A stretch of DNA of 64,000 bases from a virus (IMGVR_UViG_3300037313_001751:1-64000), one strand, 5' to 3'. Positions 36,414 to 46,504 are shown, numbered from the stretch's first letter. Notes: generated from the letters alone by a model not told the origin. Made by a program: numbers and translations.

Positions 36414-39400
36414 TTACAATCCCTCCCAGGGCTTCGTGCGGCGTGTTGGCGTTGCTAGTTTGAACGTATGATCGACGTAGTCGAAATTTGGATTATAGAA
36501 TGGATCCATATCTAACTGGCGACCCCATTTTTGCCGCATATACGCCTGGGACCTACGATAGCGATGTATCTTATCGGGGTCTTCATCCGATCCTCGGCTC
36601 GCTGACTCGTAGTGGAACAATTCAGCAAAGGGCGTCCATACAACTTTTAGTCCGTGTTCTCGCACACGCAAACAAAAATCGACATCGTTATATGACACGG
36701 GTAAATTGTCAGCATCAAGCCCTCCCAGTTCAAGGTACAGTTCTTTTGTTACAGCAAGACATGCGCCGGTCACAGCACTAACCTCGCGTGTCAGTGCATA
36801 CTGCCCTACGTAACCACCGCTATTTTCATCATCATAGTGTCCAAAATGTCCTGCAACACCATCGGTGCCGACTCCAACAACAACGCCAGCATGTTGAATC
36901 CGACCATCGCCGTATAGCAGTTTTGCGCCGACAACACCCACATCTGGCCTAGATACGATCGACACCATCTCGCGCAACCAGTTTCGATCTTTGACCTTTG
37001 TGTCATTGTTAAGCAAGACTAAAATATCGCCACTGCTTTCCTTAGCTCCGAAATTGTTGATCGCCGAATAATTGAAAGGTCCGGGGTAAGAGACCACCCG
37101 GATATTGGACGTCTTAGAATATTGCTCAAGTAGGAATAGCGCACTCTCCTCCTTGCTGCCATTGTCGACAATAACCACCTCAAAATTATCATAATCAGTA
37201 TCTAGGACACCACCAATACACTGCGACAGCAAGCTAGCCCTGTCCCGTGTCGGTATAATAATTGAAACTTTTGGCGTTGGCACTGGCAGTGGCCAAATAA
37301 CACGGCTCCATTCAGCAGCCAACTTCGCCGGCGCAACTTTTGCACCTTTGATATGTTTACTGTGTAGGTAGTCGGCAATTGCTCGCCGCGCAGCGGCAAC
37401 ACACTGGTCCAGTTGCGACTGAGAAAACGAGCCCTTTTCGGGGTCGAGACGCCAGTGATACAGCACGGCTGGAATATGATAAATTTTGTCCGTTTTCGCG
37501 GCACACCTCAGCGTGAGATCATAATCCTGGCTGCCGTCAACAATGCCTTCCCTGAAGCCGCCGACTGATTCGACCAACGACCGCCTATAAACACCTAGGT
37601 GGCTGAACATATTGTGGCCGAACATAAGGTCAATGTTGAAATCTGGCTTGAAATACGGCTGGAGGCGTCTCTTGTCCGGCCCCATCCGATCTTCGTCGCT
37701 GTAGATCATATCGAGGCTTTTGTTATCATTAAGCGCCACTACAACTTCATACATTGCGGTCTCTGCTAAGAAATCATCATGGTCCATCAGCAGGATGAAC
37801 TCACCCTTTGCTAATTTTATCGCAGAGTTACTCGCAGCGGCTATATGGCCGTTTGTGGAACGCCATGTAACTTTGATCCGCTTATTTTTCGATGCCTCCC
37901 TCCGAATAGCTCTCCGTGTCTCTTTGTTGGTTGATGCGTCGTCAGCGATGCACAATTCCCAGTTGTCATATAGCTGTGCTTCGATACTTGCGATCGCGTC
38001 CCTGAGATAGCTTGGCTTTGTATTGTATGTTGGCATAACCACGGAAATTAGTGGCTTGTATTGCAGTTTGGCGATGTGGCTCCTTATTAGCTCGCGATCT
38101 CGTGAAGTCAGCGTATCGTTGTGCCGCACCCAATTATCGTAATCTGTCGGCTCAAAACCACCCCGTGCCGGCTCTTTCCTTCTGTCGCCTATTAGTGACG
38201 TCAGCCGGCGTCGCACATTCACTGGAACATATGATCCTAACACTCGCACCGGCGCAGTAGCCCGCCACATTGTTGAGTTCTTCAACATGTCGCGTTCAGC
38301 CTGCACACTGCTAAGCTGCGCCTGCATAGCGTGCAGGTGGTTCCGCAATGCGTTGATCTCTTCGACATCGGTCACAACTTGAACCGGTGACTGCGCCTGG
38401 GGCGCGGCAAGTCTCAGAGCCTCAGACAGCGCAGCAGACAGCCTCGCTTTCTCAGCGTTTGCGACGGATGCGATGGAGGTCAGACGACCAATTTCATTTC
38501 GCAAAGTGTCTGTCTCATCGACATGTTTGTTTGTAGCAGCCTCTAGTTGCTGAATACGGCCGACGCTTTTCTGAAAGCTTATTCGCTGTTCGTCTAGCTG
38601 GTTCGATAAGAGCGCAATCTGCGTTTCCATTTGTTCTGATTGTGCTTGCGCAGTCGTCATTTTTGCAGTAAGCGCGTCGATTTCTTGCAGTCGTGTAGCA
38701 TCGGCGACATTGTGATCAGCTACTACCTTAGCTAATTCTGCGTGTTTATCACTTAACTCTTGCTGCTTTTGATTGAGCTGCACTTGTAGGCCTGCTAACT
38801 GACTACGCAGGGACGAAAGGTTTAACCGCTGGCGAATTAATTCGACAAACCCATGCAGCAAATCGCGGGTTACCGGCCCCTTTTGCAACAGGAAAGCGTG
38901 TGGCGCTATAAACGATGCATCAAACGTTGTTACGGGTGCAAACCCAACGTCTGCAAATTTGTTAAGCCACCAAATTGTTGGCTTAACATTTATGTGGGTC
39001 GGTTCTATGATGTCGATTGGTGAAGATGAAAACAGCACGCGTGGTGCCGCATCGGCCATATTGTAAATTGCCTGTAGCGCCTCTTCTTCGCTCATATGTT
39101 CAAGCACCTCGATGCAGACGATCAAATCGAAGATGCCATTAAATCGATCTGTTAAACTCCCTTGTTCCACAAACGGCCGTACATCTGGCCTTACCTGGGA
39201 CACAGCAAAATTGGAAATATCCCTTCCATACGCTTCAATACCCCGATCCCATAATGCCTCCACCAAAAACCCATGTGCACAGCCAGCGTCAAATACTGTT
39301 TTCGGTGCGAGACTGCGCACAATCTCATCGGCTATGCCGCCAAAAAACAACCCCCATTCGGGCTCTTCGCGAGCATAGGGTTTTTGCCCGCAATGCGTCC

Positions 39401-39455
39401 GATAATAATCAGCGTTATAAGTCTCGTCCACGTCGTATCCAGTTTGTTCGTCCAT
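36414..39455 (-). CDS. multidomain glycosyltransferase: N-terminal SAM-MTase + coiled-coil + two family-2 glycosyltransferase (GT-A) domains
   Basis: 1013 aa; MTase motif I VFDAGCAHGFLVEAL; GT2 #1 ISVVMPTYNTKPSYLRDAIASIEAQLYDNWELCIADDAS; GT2 #2 VSIIIPTRDRASLLSQCIGGVLDTDYDNFEVVIVDNGS; DxD-type acidic motifs present. Confidence 0.8.
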   Translation of the reverse strand: MDEQTGYDVDETYNADYYRTHCGQKPYAREEPEWGLFFGGIADEIVRSLAPKTVFDAGCAHGFLVEALWDRGIEAYGRDISNFAVSQVRPDVRPFVEQGSLTDRFNGIFDLIVCIEVLEHMSEEEALQAIYNMADAAPRVLFSSSPIDIIEPTHINVKPTIWWLNKFADVGFAPVTTFDASFIAPHAFLLQKGPVTRDLLHGFVELIRQRLNLSSLRSQLAGLQVQLNQKQQELSDKHAELAKVVADHNVADATRLQEIDALTAKMTTAQAQSEQMETQIALLSNQLDEQRISFQKSVGRIQQLEAATNKHVDETDTLRNEIGRLTSIASVANAEKARLSAALSEALRLAAPQAQSPVQVVTDVEEINALRNHLHAMQAQLSSVQAERDMLKNSTMWRATAPVRVLGSYVPVNVRRRLTSLIGDRRKEPARGGFEPTDYDNWVRHNDTLTSRDRELIRSHIAKLQYKPLISVVMPTYNTKPSYLRDAIASIEAQLYDNWELCIADDASTNKETRRAIRREASKNKRIKVTWRSTNGHIAAASNSAIKLAKGEFILLMDHDDFLAETAMYEVVVALNDNKSLDMIYSDEDRMGPDKRRLQPYFKPDFNIDLMFGHNMFSHLGVYRRSLVESVGGFREGIVDGSQDYDLTLRCAAKTDKIYHIPAVLYHWRLDPEKGSFSQSQLDQCVAAARRAIADYLHSKHIKGAKVAPAKLAAEWSRVIWPLPVPTPKVSIIIPTRDRASLLSQCIGGVLDTDYDNFEVVIVDNGSKEESALFLLEQYSKTSNIRVVSYPGPFNYSAINNFGAKESSGDILVLLNNDTKVKDRNWLREMVSIVSRPDVGVVGAKLLYGDGRIQHAGVVVGVGTDGVAGHFGHYDDENSGGYVGQYALTREVSAVTGACLAVTKELYLELGGLDADNLPVSYNDVDFCLRVREHGLKVVWTPFAELFHYESASRGSDEDPDKIHRYRRSQAYMRQKWGRQLDMDPFYNPNFDYVDHTFKLATPTRRTKPWEGL

Positions 39456-39514
39456 GCGACAACTTTCAATTAATCTCCGCGCAATGTGTAGTTAAATTTC
39501 GTCGACGCGTCAAG

Positions 39515-39548
39515 GCAGGCCAATAAAAAAGGTCCTTGGCGGACCTTT
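39515..39548. terminator. bidirectional hairpin terminator
   Basis: AAAAAAGGTCC-TTGGC-GGACCTTTTT flanked by A-run and T-run between two minus-strand genes. Confidence 0.55.
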
Positions 39549-39562
39549 TTGCATCACCCCGT

Positions 39563-40690
39563 TCAATAAAATAAGTCTATTTCAAATCCCTCCAGTGTCG
39601 TAATGTGATTTGATATACGAAAACAATCCAAACAGCGCAAATCTGCCTTTAAAATTCGAAGCGCAGAATAGCTGTGACTTGGAGCCCTTGACTCAATTAT
39701 CGGCGCCTCTAAATAACTTCGTACCAGCACATCATTGGTGTAGGTAGTTTTTATTTGGAAGCTGTGGCACATACCAAAAGTGCCATCCTGCAGTTTGACA
39801 ACGATGATGCAGTCATCACGAAGCGCAGCTATATCATCATATTCGATAGGGTCCAGACATGGGACGCTTTGCGATTGCAAGTTGCCAGCGCCCGTAAATC
39901 CAACAACTGCCGGAAAGCACAGGCAGTCAAGCCCTTGTTTTGCGATATAGGAGTTGAGTTCTTCGAGCGCTCCTGCTTTAGTTTTTTCCTCACTTTTGGT
40001 TATTTCGCTGACCTTTAACGCTGCAATCAGCTGTAACGACTTAGGGATGTGACTTCCATCCTCAAAGACAGCAAGCACAGCTCGCTTCGTGCGGCATACC
40101 TCTGCCGTGTGTGTTTGTGATGCCTTTGTGATGGGGTAATATGTCCCTAGATAAACGCCAGACAAGCCATCAACTGTCACGACGTGGTTGCCGACTTTTA
40201 ATTTGCGCAAACTGACGCGTTTGTTCATCCTGCCTGTATTACGCACGGCATTTTGATACTGCACACCAGATGTTGGGATCAAAATGTTATGGCTAGCGAA
40301 TGCTGCCCAAACACATTCTTCTAAGATTTCTCCTTGCACAATTGAACAGCTTTGCGTCAGTTGGCTCGCATTCAATGTCGTTACAGCTACCGTAAACCCT
40401 CGTGGGTCTTCAACTATCCACTCAACTGACCCATTATTTGTGTGACTGCCTTCACCGGTCAGCCGGAAGCCGACAAGCGGCTCGTTCGTTATCGTCCTAG
40501 CCGGTAGTGGCTCTGAGCGACTAAGTGGCCATCTAGCCCAACTATCGATTGCAGCTTTATAGCGGCATGTTTTGCTATCATCACCATCAGGTGTCATCAT
40601 AGCCCTCATTCCAGAGCGGCTTATTGGCTTGAATCTAACGTAAAACGTCTGAGGTAAATTAAGATGAGTTTGCTCTAATTTTGGCAGCAT
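39563..40690 (-). CDS. hypothetical protein
   Basis: 375-aa ORF. Confidence 0.5.
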   Translation of the reverse strand: MLPKLEQTHLNLPQTFYVRFKPISRSGMRAMMTPDGDDSKTCRYKAAIDSWARWPLSRSEPLPARTITNEPLVGFRLTGEGSHTNNGSVEWIVEDPRGFTVAVTTLNASQLTQSCSIVQGEILEECVWAAFASHNILIPTSGVQYQNAVRNTGRMNKRVSLRKLKVGNHVVTVDGLSGVYLGTYYPITKASQTHTAEVCRTKRAVLAVFEDGSHIPKSLQLIAALKVSEITKSEEKTKAGALEELNSYIAKQGLDCLCFPAVVGFTGAGNLQSQSVPCLDPIEYDDIAALRDDCIIVVKLQDGTFGMCHSFQIKTTYTNDVLVRSYLEAPIIESRAPSHSYSALRILKADLRCLDCFRISNHITTLEGFEIDLFY

Positions 40691-40692
40691 GT

Positions 40693-40923
40693 TTATGCAC
40701 TCAACCGTAAGAGAATTGCATACCGCTTTTCGAGTTCTTGTAGCCGAAGCCTGTAGGGTTTTGCTGCAAGCGCTATTGCTTCTGTAATGGCAAGGTTCAT
40801 CTCAGCTTTGCACGTTTGCATTTCCCTCCACATCTCCACCAATGCTGGTTGGTTATCAGCTACCTGTAACTCATTTACGTTTAAATCGGAAAGTCGGCTC
40901 CTAACTTCGAACAAGACTGACAT
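40693..40923 (-). CDS. small hypothetical helical protein
   Basis: 76-aa ORF directly upstream of, and co-oriented with, the 375-aa ORF. Confidence 0.4.
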   Translation of the reverse strand: MSVLFEVRSRLSDLNVNELQVADNQPALVEMWREMQTCKAEMNLAITEAIALAAKPYRLRLQELEKRYAILLRLSA

Positions 40924-41040
40924 GCGTTGATTCCAAACCTATATAAATTTTTACCGCGTCGGCTCTAGTTGAACAAAGCGGATTTGATTTCCACACTACA
41001 GCACGCTAAGATTTGCTTGTAACAAAAGGGATTTACAGCG

Positions 41041-41655
41041 GTGAGGGCGATAACTGCTGCGCTTGTATTGTCAGTGCTGGCACCATCTGCGGTCGCTACC
41101 AATAGCAGTCACCAGCACCAGCACCGACACCACAATGGTATTGTTCACAAAGCACCGAAGACTCCTGGCACCAACATAAATGACTTGGTACGTGCCATAT
41201 CTAAGAGCCGCGAATTTCCACTAGATCCAACGCTGAGGAAACTGCCTATAAAGCAGCGGCGAAATGCAACATGTCTCGCCCTCGCTATATATCACGAGGC
41301 GAGGTCTTCGTCTGAGCCAGATAAAAAAGGCGTAGCACATGTAGTGGTAAATAGGCTCAAATCGGGTGGTTTCGGGCGCACAGTGTGTGACGTTGTCAAT
41401 GAGCGGTTGCCGCATGTCACTATCCCGCAATTCTCCTGGCTGTTAGAGCACCAGAAAGCGTTGCTTCCAACTGAGGATGACGCGTGGCTTGAAGCACAAC
41501 AGATCGCGCTATCAGTGCTAAACTCCCATTCGGAAGATCCGTCAAAGGGGTCAACATATTTTTGGGCCCTCAACATGACAAAACACCAATCGTGGATGCG
41601 CACGGGGAAAGCATACTACCACATAGGCAGCCACGTGTTTATGGTTGGGCGCTAA
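41041..41655 (+). CDS. secreted cell-wall hydrolase, SleB family (Hydrolase_2); candidate endolysin
   Basis: Signal peptide MRAITAALVLSVLAPSAVA; LALAIYHEARSSSEPDKKGVAHVVVNRLKSGGFGRTVCDVVNE...QFSW matches the SleB-domain core (IYAEARGE...G..AV..VV.NR........C.VV.Q..QFS). Confidence 0.7.
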   Translation: MRAITAALVLSVLAPSAVATNSSHQHQHRHHNGIVHKAPKTPGTNINDLVRAISKSREFPLDPTLRKLPIKQRRNATCLALAIYHEARSSSEPDKKGVAHVVVNRLKSGGFGRTVCDVVNERLPHVTIPQFSWLLEHQKALLPTEDDAWLEAQQIALSVLNSHSEDPSKGSTYFWALNMTKHQSWMRTGKAYYHIGSHVFMVGR

Positions 41656-42095
41656 ATCTCAACGACAGCGCTGTTTCCGCTGTGTTCTCGCACCTCTACT
41701 GACTGTACAAAACAACGTCCAGCTGACTGCTGCTGAATGAGCTGGTTGGTGTAGTTGTAGATCAGTTCTGCAAACTTCTCGCAACCGGTCCCTGCAACAA
41801 TCCGTAAATCAATTAAACCTCGTTCGCTCAGCTCCTTAAAAACCTCCAATTCTGGGTCGTCCTCTGCCACACAGCATGTGTGGTCAAACATATCTTTTAG
41901 CCATTCCTTAATCTCCTTAAGTCCACCAAAGTCGACGACCCAATTTCGCTCGTCAAGGTATGTCGCTCCAAAAACGAATTTTACACTCAAGGCATAGCCA
42001 TGGATTAGTCTACAATGGCTAGTGGCACGCCACTGCCGGAATGAGCATGACAGTCCTTCATTATGATCATATGTTTTCGTCGATAGATACTTCAT
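41652..42095 (-). CDS. queD: 6-pyruvoyl-tetrahydropterin synthase / QueD-like
   Basis: 147 aa; CRLIHGY...VVDFGGLKEIKEWLKDMFDH fits the PTPS/QueD zinc-site and DF..LK pattern. Confidence 0.6.
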   Translation of the reverse strand: MKYLSTKTYDHNEGLSCSFRQWRATSHCRLIHGYALSVKFVFGATYLDERNWVVDFGGLKEIKEWLKDMFDHTCCVAEDDPELEVFKELSERGLIDLRIVAGTGCEKFAELIYNYTNQLIQQQSAGRCFVQSVEVREHSGNSAVVEI

Positions 42096-42128
42096 TACTA
42101 CTCGCTAAAATAATTTAATGTCAGTTAA

Positions 42129-42833
42129 TTAGCCGGTAACGGCGTTTAAGAATTTGATTCCTAGTGCATCACAATATGGTTTACAGAACGTTTCCCGATC
42201 TTCGACCAAAAGAGTACATCGAAGTTTGACGCACTCAACAGCTTTCCATGCTCTAATTGCGCGATTAATCGAAATCACCAACCCGATATCGAGCATATCT
42301 CTTTTTACTAGCTTTTGAATGTCAGGTGTTATTTTTGATTCGTGGTCTAAATCCTGCAGCAACGTAGGCAGTTGAACCCATGCCTGCCATAAAACTGGCT
42401 CAACGATTTTTACACCATCAAACCAGTCGGGTGACAACGGGTCGCTGCATTCTGTTAGGTCATCCCATATTCTATTTGCATCGTTCGGCGCGCGAAATGT
42501 CACAATCCAAAATTTATGCGACTTATAGTTGTCTCTAATCCACCGTCTCCAAAACCAACTTTGTTCACCATTCAAAAGCGTGCCGTCGAGATCCCATGCT
42601 ATACTGAGGTGCCGGTCGAGTATTTGGTGTCGGACACGTTTGTTTGTAAGGAGCCGGTAAGGTTTGCCGAGAACCGTGTCTATTATATTTGATCCGGATA
42701 ACCGTGATTTGTTTGCAATGGTAGCGTCGTCAGCAAAACTCGCCTCAGTTACTATTGGTGGCGGGACCTTGAACTCATCTGTGCTTAGCAGGCGTTCTAT
42801 ATCGTTCCTTAGCGTGTCACGGTTCTTGGTCAA
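42129..42833 (-). CDS. HAD-superfamily hydrolase-like protein
   Basis: DLDGTL motif I (IAWDLDGTLLNGE); possible motif II T in VTFRAP. Confidence 0.45.
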   Translation of the reverse strand: MTKNRDTLRNDIERLLSTDEFKVPPPIVTEASFADDATIANKSRLSGSNIIDTVLGKPYRLLTNKRVRHQILDRHLSIAWDLDGTLLNGEQSWFWRRWIRDNYKSHKFWIVTFRAPNDANRIWDDLTECSDPLSPDWFDGVKIVEPVLWQAWVQLPTLLQDLDHESKITPDIQKLVKRDMLDIGLVISINRAIRAWKAVECVKLRCTLLVEDRETFCKPYCDALGIKFLNAVTG

Positions 42834-42918
42834 GGTATATCCAGACGTTTTTGTGAACCATTGCTACGTGCGATTTTAACACAAGCGCGTGCAGCATAGT
42901 TGCAACACGTAAGTTTTT

Positions 42919-43218
42919 TTAGCCCCACGTCAGCTTGAACAACAGCGCATCGCGCTTGTCGGCGAATTCGAAGGTAAGTGTCCATGTCCTGCTGACTTGG
43001 CGCTGGCTAACGCGAAAGCTACCACAGAGTGCAGCGTTGTCCAGCCAATCGAGATATTTTTCTCGCCAGACCAGCATTTCTTCGAATGAGCCAACGGTCG
43101 ATACGCTGACGGCGGAGCCGTTCGCTTGAAAGTTTGCTTCGACGCGCGGTAACAGTTCTACATCGACGGGATCAGTTAGTGAATATAAAGACTTGAGCGA
43201 TAGCGTCATGTTTGTCAC
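42919..43218 (-). CDS. hypothetical protein
   Basis: 99-aa ORF. Confidence 0.4.
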   Translation of the reverse strand: MTNMTLSLKSLYSLTDPVDVELLPRVEANFQANGSAVSVSTVGSFEEMLVWREKYLDWLDNAALCGSFRVSQRQVSRTWTLTFEFADKRDALLFKLTWG

Positions 43219-43370
43219 CTATTAAATTGCTCTATTCTACTCCTGTAGTAGCCTTTGTAGCTCGCGAACTACATATCTGTTGCTACAACAAGCTTAGTGT
43301 TGCTGCAACGCACTTTCAAGTTGAGTGCAAGCGGGCCCTACAAGCGTGCATGTAAGCCCTGAAAACTCAG

Positions 43371-44537
43371 CTACGAATCTATAGCTGCAACGCGCCGCAC
43401 CCTGTTAACCAAGGTTTGCTTTTTGCCACGATATTCACTGTGGTTCTTTACTGTACAACATATATCGAAAGATTCACCGGTCAAACCGTCTGCGGCAAAA
43501 TCTTCGTTGAATGCAAACCAAACCAGCACGTTTCCGTTCCGATCCTCAAATATGTGCCGCGTGCTACGTTCGCCTCTTATCGCCGCTTTGAGTGTGACAT
43601 TTATGGTAAGCTTGTCTCCGACAGCACTAACGTAATTGCTGACCGACGCTATCGCAGGCGGCTTAACGAACTTACTCCAAAATACACCAACGATGCTAGC
43701 AGCAATGGCTAGGTGGCGTGGTTCCAGGGCATCACTTTGTGCGATCGTGCGGCTGTTATGCTGCCAATCGTTTAACTGCGCGCCATCATCACCAAAAGCT
43801 TCTGCCCATTCGATGGCCTTATCAGCGATGCATATGCCGTCAGCTGACGGCGCAGTATGGTTCAGCATTAGCTTATCGGCACGCGCCACAGTTGACGTCC
43901 AACCATGCTGTTTGGCAGCTGACGCGCTTACCCAGCCATGTTTTGTTACGGCGTCGGCACATAGCGCCATGAACATGCGAGTGCTGATCCAGCGATAATC
44001 TGTATGTGCTCCGGAGCCACCAAATCCTATGCCTCTGGAATAATCACCGATAATGGCGAGCATTTCTGCTATCTTGGCCAATTTGACAGCGCCATCATGC
44101 CCAGTAAAATCCTTTAGGCAGGACGAACCAACCTGTTTATAACTTCCGGTCTCAGCGTTGGCTAAAACGAACGTGTCCCGGCGATAGCGCCGCTCATTAC
44201 AATGTTCGCACGTATGGCGAGTGCTGGTTCGGAACCTGTCAGGCAGTGTCATACCTGGAACAACACGGACAACATTGCCGGCTTCTTGGCTGTGGTCGAT
44301 GCGTGCTACAAACTGCCAGCCATTAAGTTTGACTTCAGGATGTGCCACAAACACCTCGTAAATCTTCATCTTTTGAAGATTACTGTGTCCTTCGCCATCC
44401 AAGAAATGGTAGCCAATTACTGTGCAGAACACCTTCTCGCCGACTAACTTAGCAGCTTTTTTACCGAGCTTTTCGATCTTCTCGCGGAACCATGGCAGCA
44501 TGGGTTCTGGTATATCGTATGTCTGACCCTCAGCCAT
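43371..44537 (-). CDS. hypothetical protein
   Basis: 388-aa ORF; CEHCNERRY possible zinc site. Confidence 0.5.
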   Translation of the reverse strand: MAEGQTYDIPEPMLPWFREKIEKLGKKAAKLVGEKVFCTVIGYHFLDGEGHSNLQKMKIYEVFVAHPEVKLNGWQFVARIDHSQEAGNVVRVVPGMTLPDRFRTSTRHTCEHCNERRYRRDTFVLANAETGSYKQVGSSCLKDFTGHDGAVKLAKIAEMLAIIGDYSRGIGFGGSGAHTDYRWISTRMFMALCADAVTKHGWVSASAAKQHGWTSTVARADKLMLNHTAPSADGICIADKAIEWAEAFGDDGAQLNDWQHNSRTIAQSDALEPRHLAIAASIVGVFWSKFVKPPAIASVSNYVSAVGDKLTINVTLKAAIRGERSTRHIFEDRNGNVLVWFAFNEDFAADGLTGESFDICCTVKNHSEYRGKKQTLVNRVRRVAAIDS

Positions 44538-44716
44538 TGCAACAACTCCTTCTGTGTTAAGACCAACCTAACACAGAAGGCGTAATAGTCAACCAATTCG
44601 TAGCTGCTTAGTTACCTATGGTTTAACACACCTTTTGGTTGCAACCTGTGCCTTCCTCTAGCACTAATACAACCGATAGGTTACGTGGTTGCAAACCATA
44701 GAGAGGCTGAAGTTGG

Positions 44717-45841
44717 TTAGTGTACATCGTCAGCGGCAATGGCTTCGTTAAAGCGCAGTCTCACCGTGGTGCCACGGCCTTCACGTGTTTCGAGATATAG
44801 CCATCCACCGCTCTGCACCATAAAACCATTCACCATTGGAAGACCTAGCCCGGTTCCCCTGCCGTCTTTCGTCGTAAAAAATGGATCCAATGCGTGATCT
44901 GCTGTAAACCGATCCATCCCGCGACCGTTATCGGTTACTGTCAACTCAACAAACATTGAGTCTTCGCGAATGCCGTCCACCAACTGTGTTCGAACGACTA
45001 TCACACCCTTCCCCTCAATTGCATCAGATGAATTTTTTACGAGGTTTAGCAACGCCAATTCTAACTGTGCAGTATCAACCTCGATCATTAATGGAGAGTT
45101 TGACAGCGCAAACCGAATGTTGACGCCCTTTTTTACTGTTTGGCTTATCATACGGTCGAATCCCTTAATAACTTGATTAAGATCCACGATTGCTGTTTTT
45201 GGCGCTTGTTTGCGGGCTAGTGATAGCATTTGGGTTGCAAGTACGCTCGCCTGTTCGAAACCCCAGACTACACGCTCAAGGTTCCTCCTTTGCTTTTGGC
45301 TTACTGCCTCTTTCTCTGCGGCGTAAGCGGCATGCGACACAACTTGAATAATATTGTTAAACTCGTGGCCGATGCTTGCCGCTAATGTTCCCAGAGCCTT
45401 AAGGCGCTCTGTGTGGATTCTATCTTGCTCAGTCATTTTTCGTTGACTCACATCGACAACGTTAGCGAAGAAGTAGGTAATTTGGCCTGCATCGTCACAC
45501 ACAGGCGCAACCGTTACAAGGCACCAAACAGGAGTCCCATTTGCGGTGTAGAGAAGCAGTTCTTCTGCACAACATGCTGAACGGCCAAGCGCGTCTTCCA
45601 AGCGATCAAGATTGCATCTGTTTGTCTCGACTCCTGCCAGGAGTGACAACGGCTTGCCATTGATATCGGCCTGAGCATAGTGGAATAGGTGGCAAAATTC
45701 ATCACTACTATGTACTATCGGCTTAGATGGGTGGTTTGGATCAATCAGCGCAAAATTGAGGCCATTCAGTTGCTTTATTATACGAGGGAAATCAACATTT
45801 GTGCTGCAAACTGACTGCCGCAGTATGCTGGTTGTATGCAT
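44717..45841 (-). CDS. cytoplasmic sensor histidine kinase (PAS + HisKA + HATPase_c)
   Basis: H-box LAASIGHEFNNIIQVV; N-box LLNLVKNSSDAI; G1 VTDNGRGMD; G2 GRGTGLGLPMV; N-terminal PAS-like region; no TM segment. Confidence 0.85.
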   Translation of the reverse strand: MHTTSILRQSVCSTNVDFPRIIKQLNGLNFALIDPNHPSKPIVHSSDEFCHLFHYAQADINGKPLSLLAGVETNRCNLDRLEDALGRSACCAEELLLYTANGTPVWCLVTVAPVCDDAGQITYFFANVVDVSQRKMTEQDRIHTERLKALGTLAASIGHEFNNIIQVVSHAAYAAEKEAVSQKQRRNLERVVWGFEQASVLATQMLSLARKQAPKTAIVDLNQVIKGFDRMISQTVKKGVNIRFALSNSPLMIEVDTAQLELALLNLVKNSSDAIEGKGVIVVRTQLVDGIREDSMFVELTVTDNGRGMDRFTADHALDPFFTTKDGRGTGLGLPMVNGFMVQSGGWLYLETREGRGTTVRLRFNEAIAADDVH

Positions 45842-45967
45842 AACACATTCCCGCCAATGAACTGACTTCGAGAGTGCTATGGCTCAGTGTTAAACACAAA
45901 ACTGTGTGGGCGCAAGTTATTTCTGCCATTCTTGTGCCAGCCATAGCCGCTTTTGCTGCTGTCCCAA

Positions 45968-46504
45968 TCAATTTGACAATTTCGACAGCACAAGGTCCGC
46001 CATAAGGCTCCGGTCAAGAATGAGATAACGGTTGGTTCTCACAACAAACCGTGCTTGTGGCACCCGACCACAGCTGGCACAAAGAGGCTGAACAATTATT
46101 GATCCGTTCACTTTTATCTCTTTCACAACAGCAACCACCAATTCCGCTACGGAATTGGTCCCTGGATTAAGGACCTTTGAAAACGTTATCACTGATCCAA
46201 CCTGGATATTCTTCCCAAGGATATCCTTCACAACTGGAGGCTTATCGGTTATTACGAGCCTTGTCTCACCTCTATAGTCGGGTAGATATTCGAGATATTT
46301 TCCTTTGAGCCAAAACTGACGGTAGCCGCATATTTTAAGCCTGAATACATGGTTGCTTAAGGTAACGTGTTTGACTTCCACAACCTGTGCTATCGAGCCC
46401 CGCTTCTTACCATTGCAAATGCGCACATATTGGTTGCCCTCTACGACACGCTTTTTGACTGCTTGCACATCCTGATAGAAACGTAGAATCATTTCCGGCC
46501 TCAA
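45968..46504 (-). CDS. hypothetical protein
   Basis: 178-aa ORF between the kinase and receiver genes. Confidence 0.45.
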   Translation of the reverse strand: MRPEMILRFYQDVQAVKKRVVEGNQYVRICNGKKRGSIAQVVEVKHVTLSNHVFRLKICGYRQFWLKGKYLEYLPDYRGETRLVITDKPPVVKDILGKNIQVGSVITFSKVLNPGTNSVAELVVAVVKEIKVNGSIIVQPLCASCGRVPQARFVVRTNRYLILDRSLMADLVLSKLSN

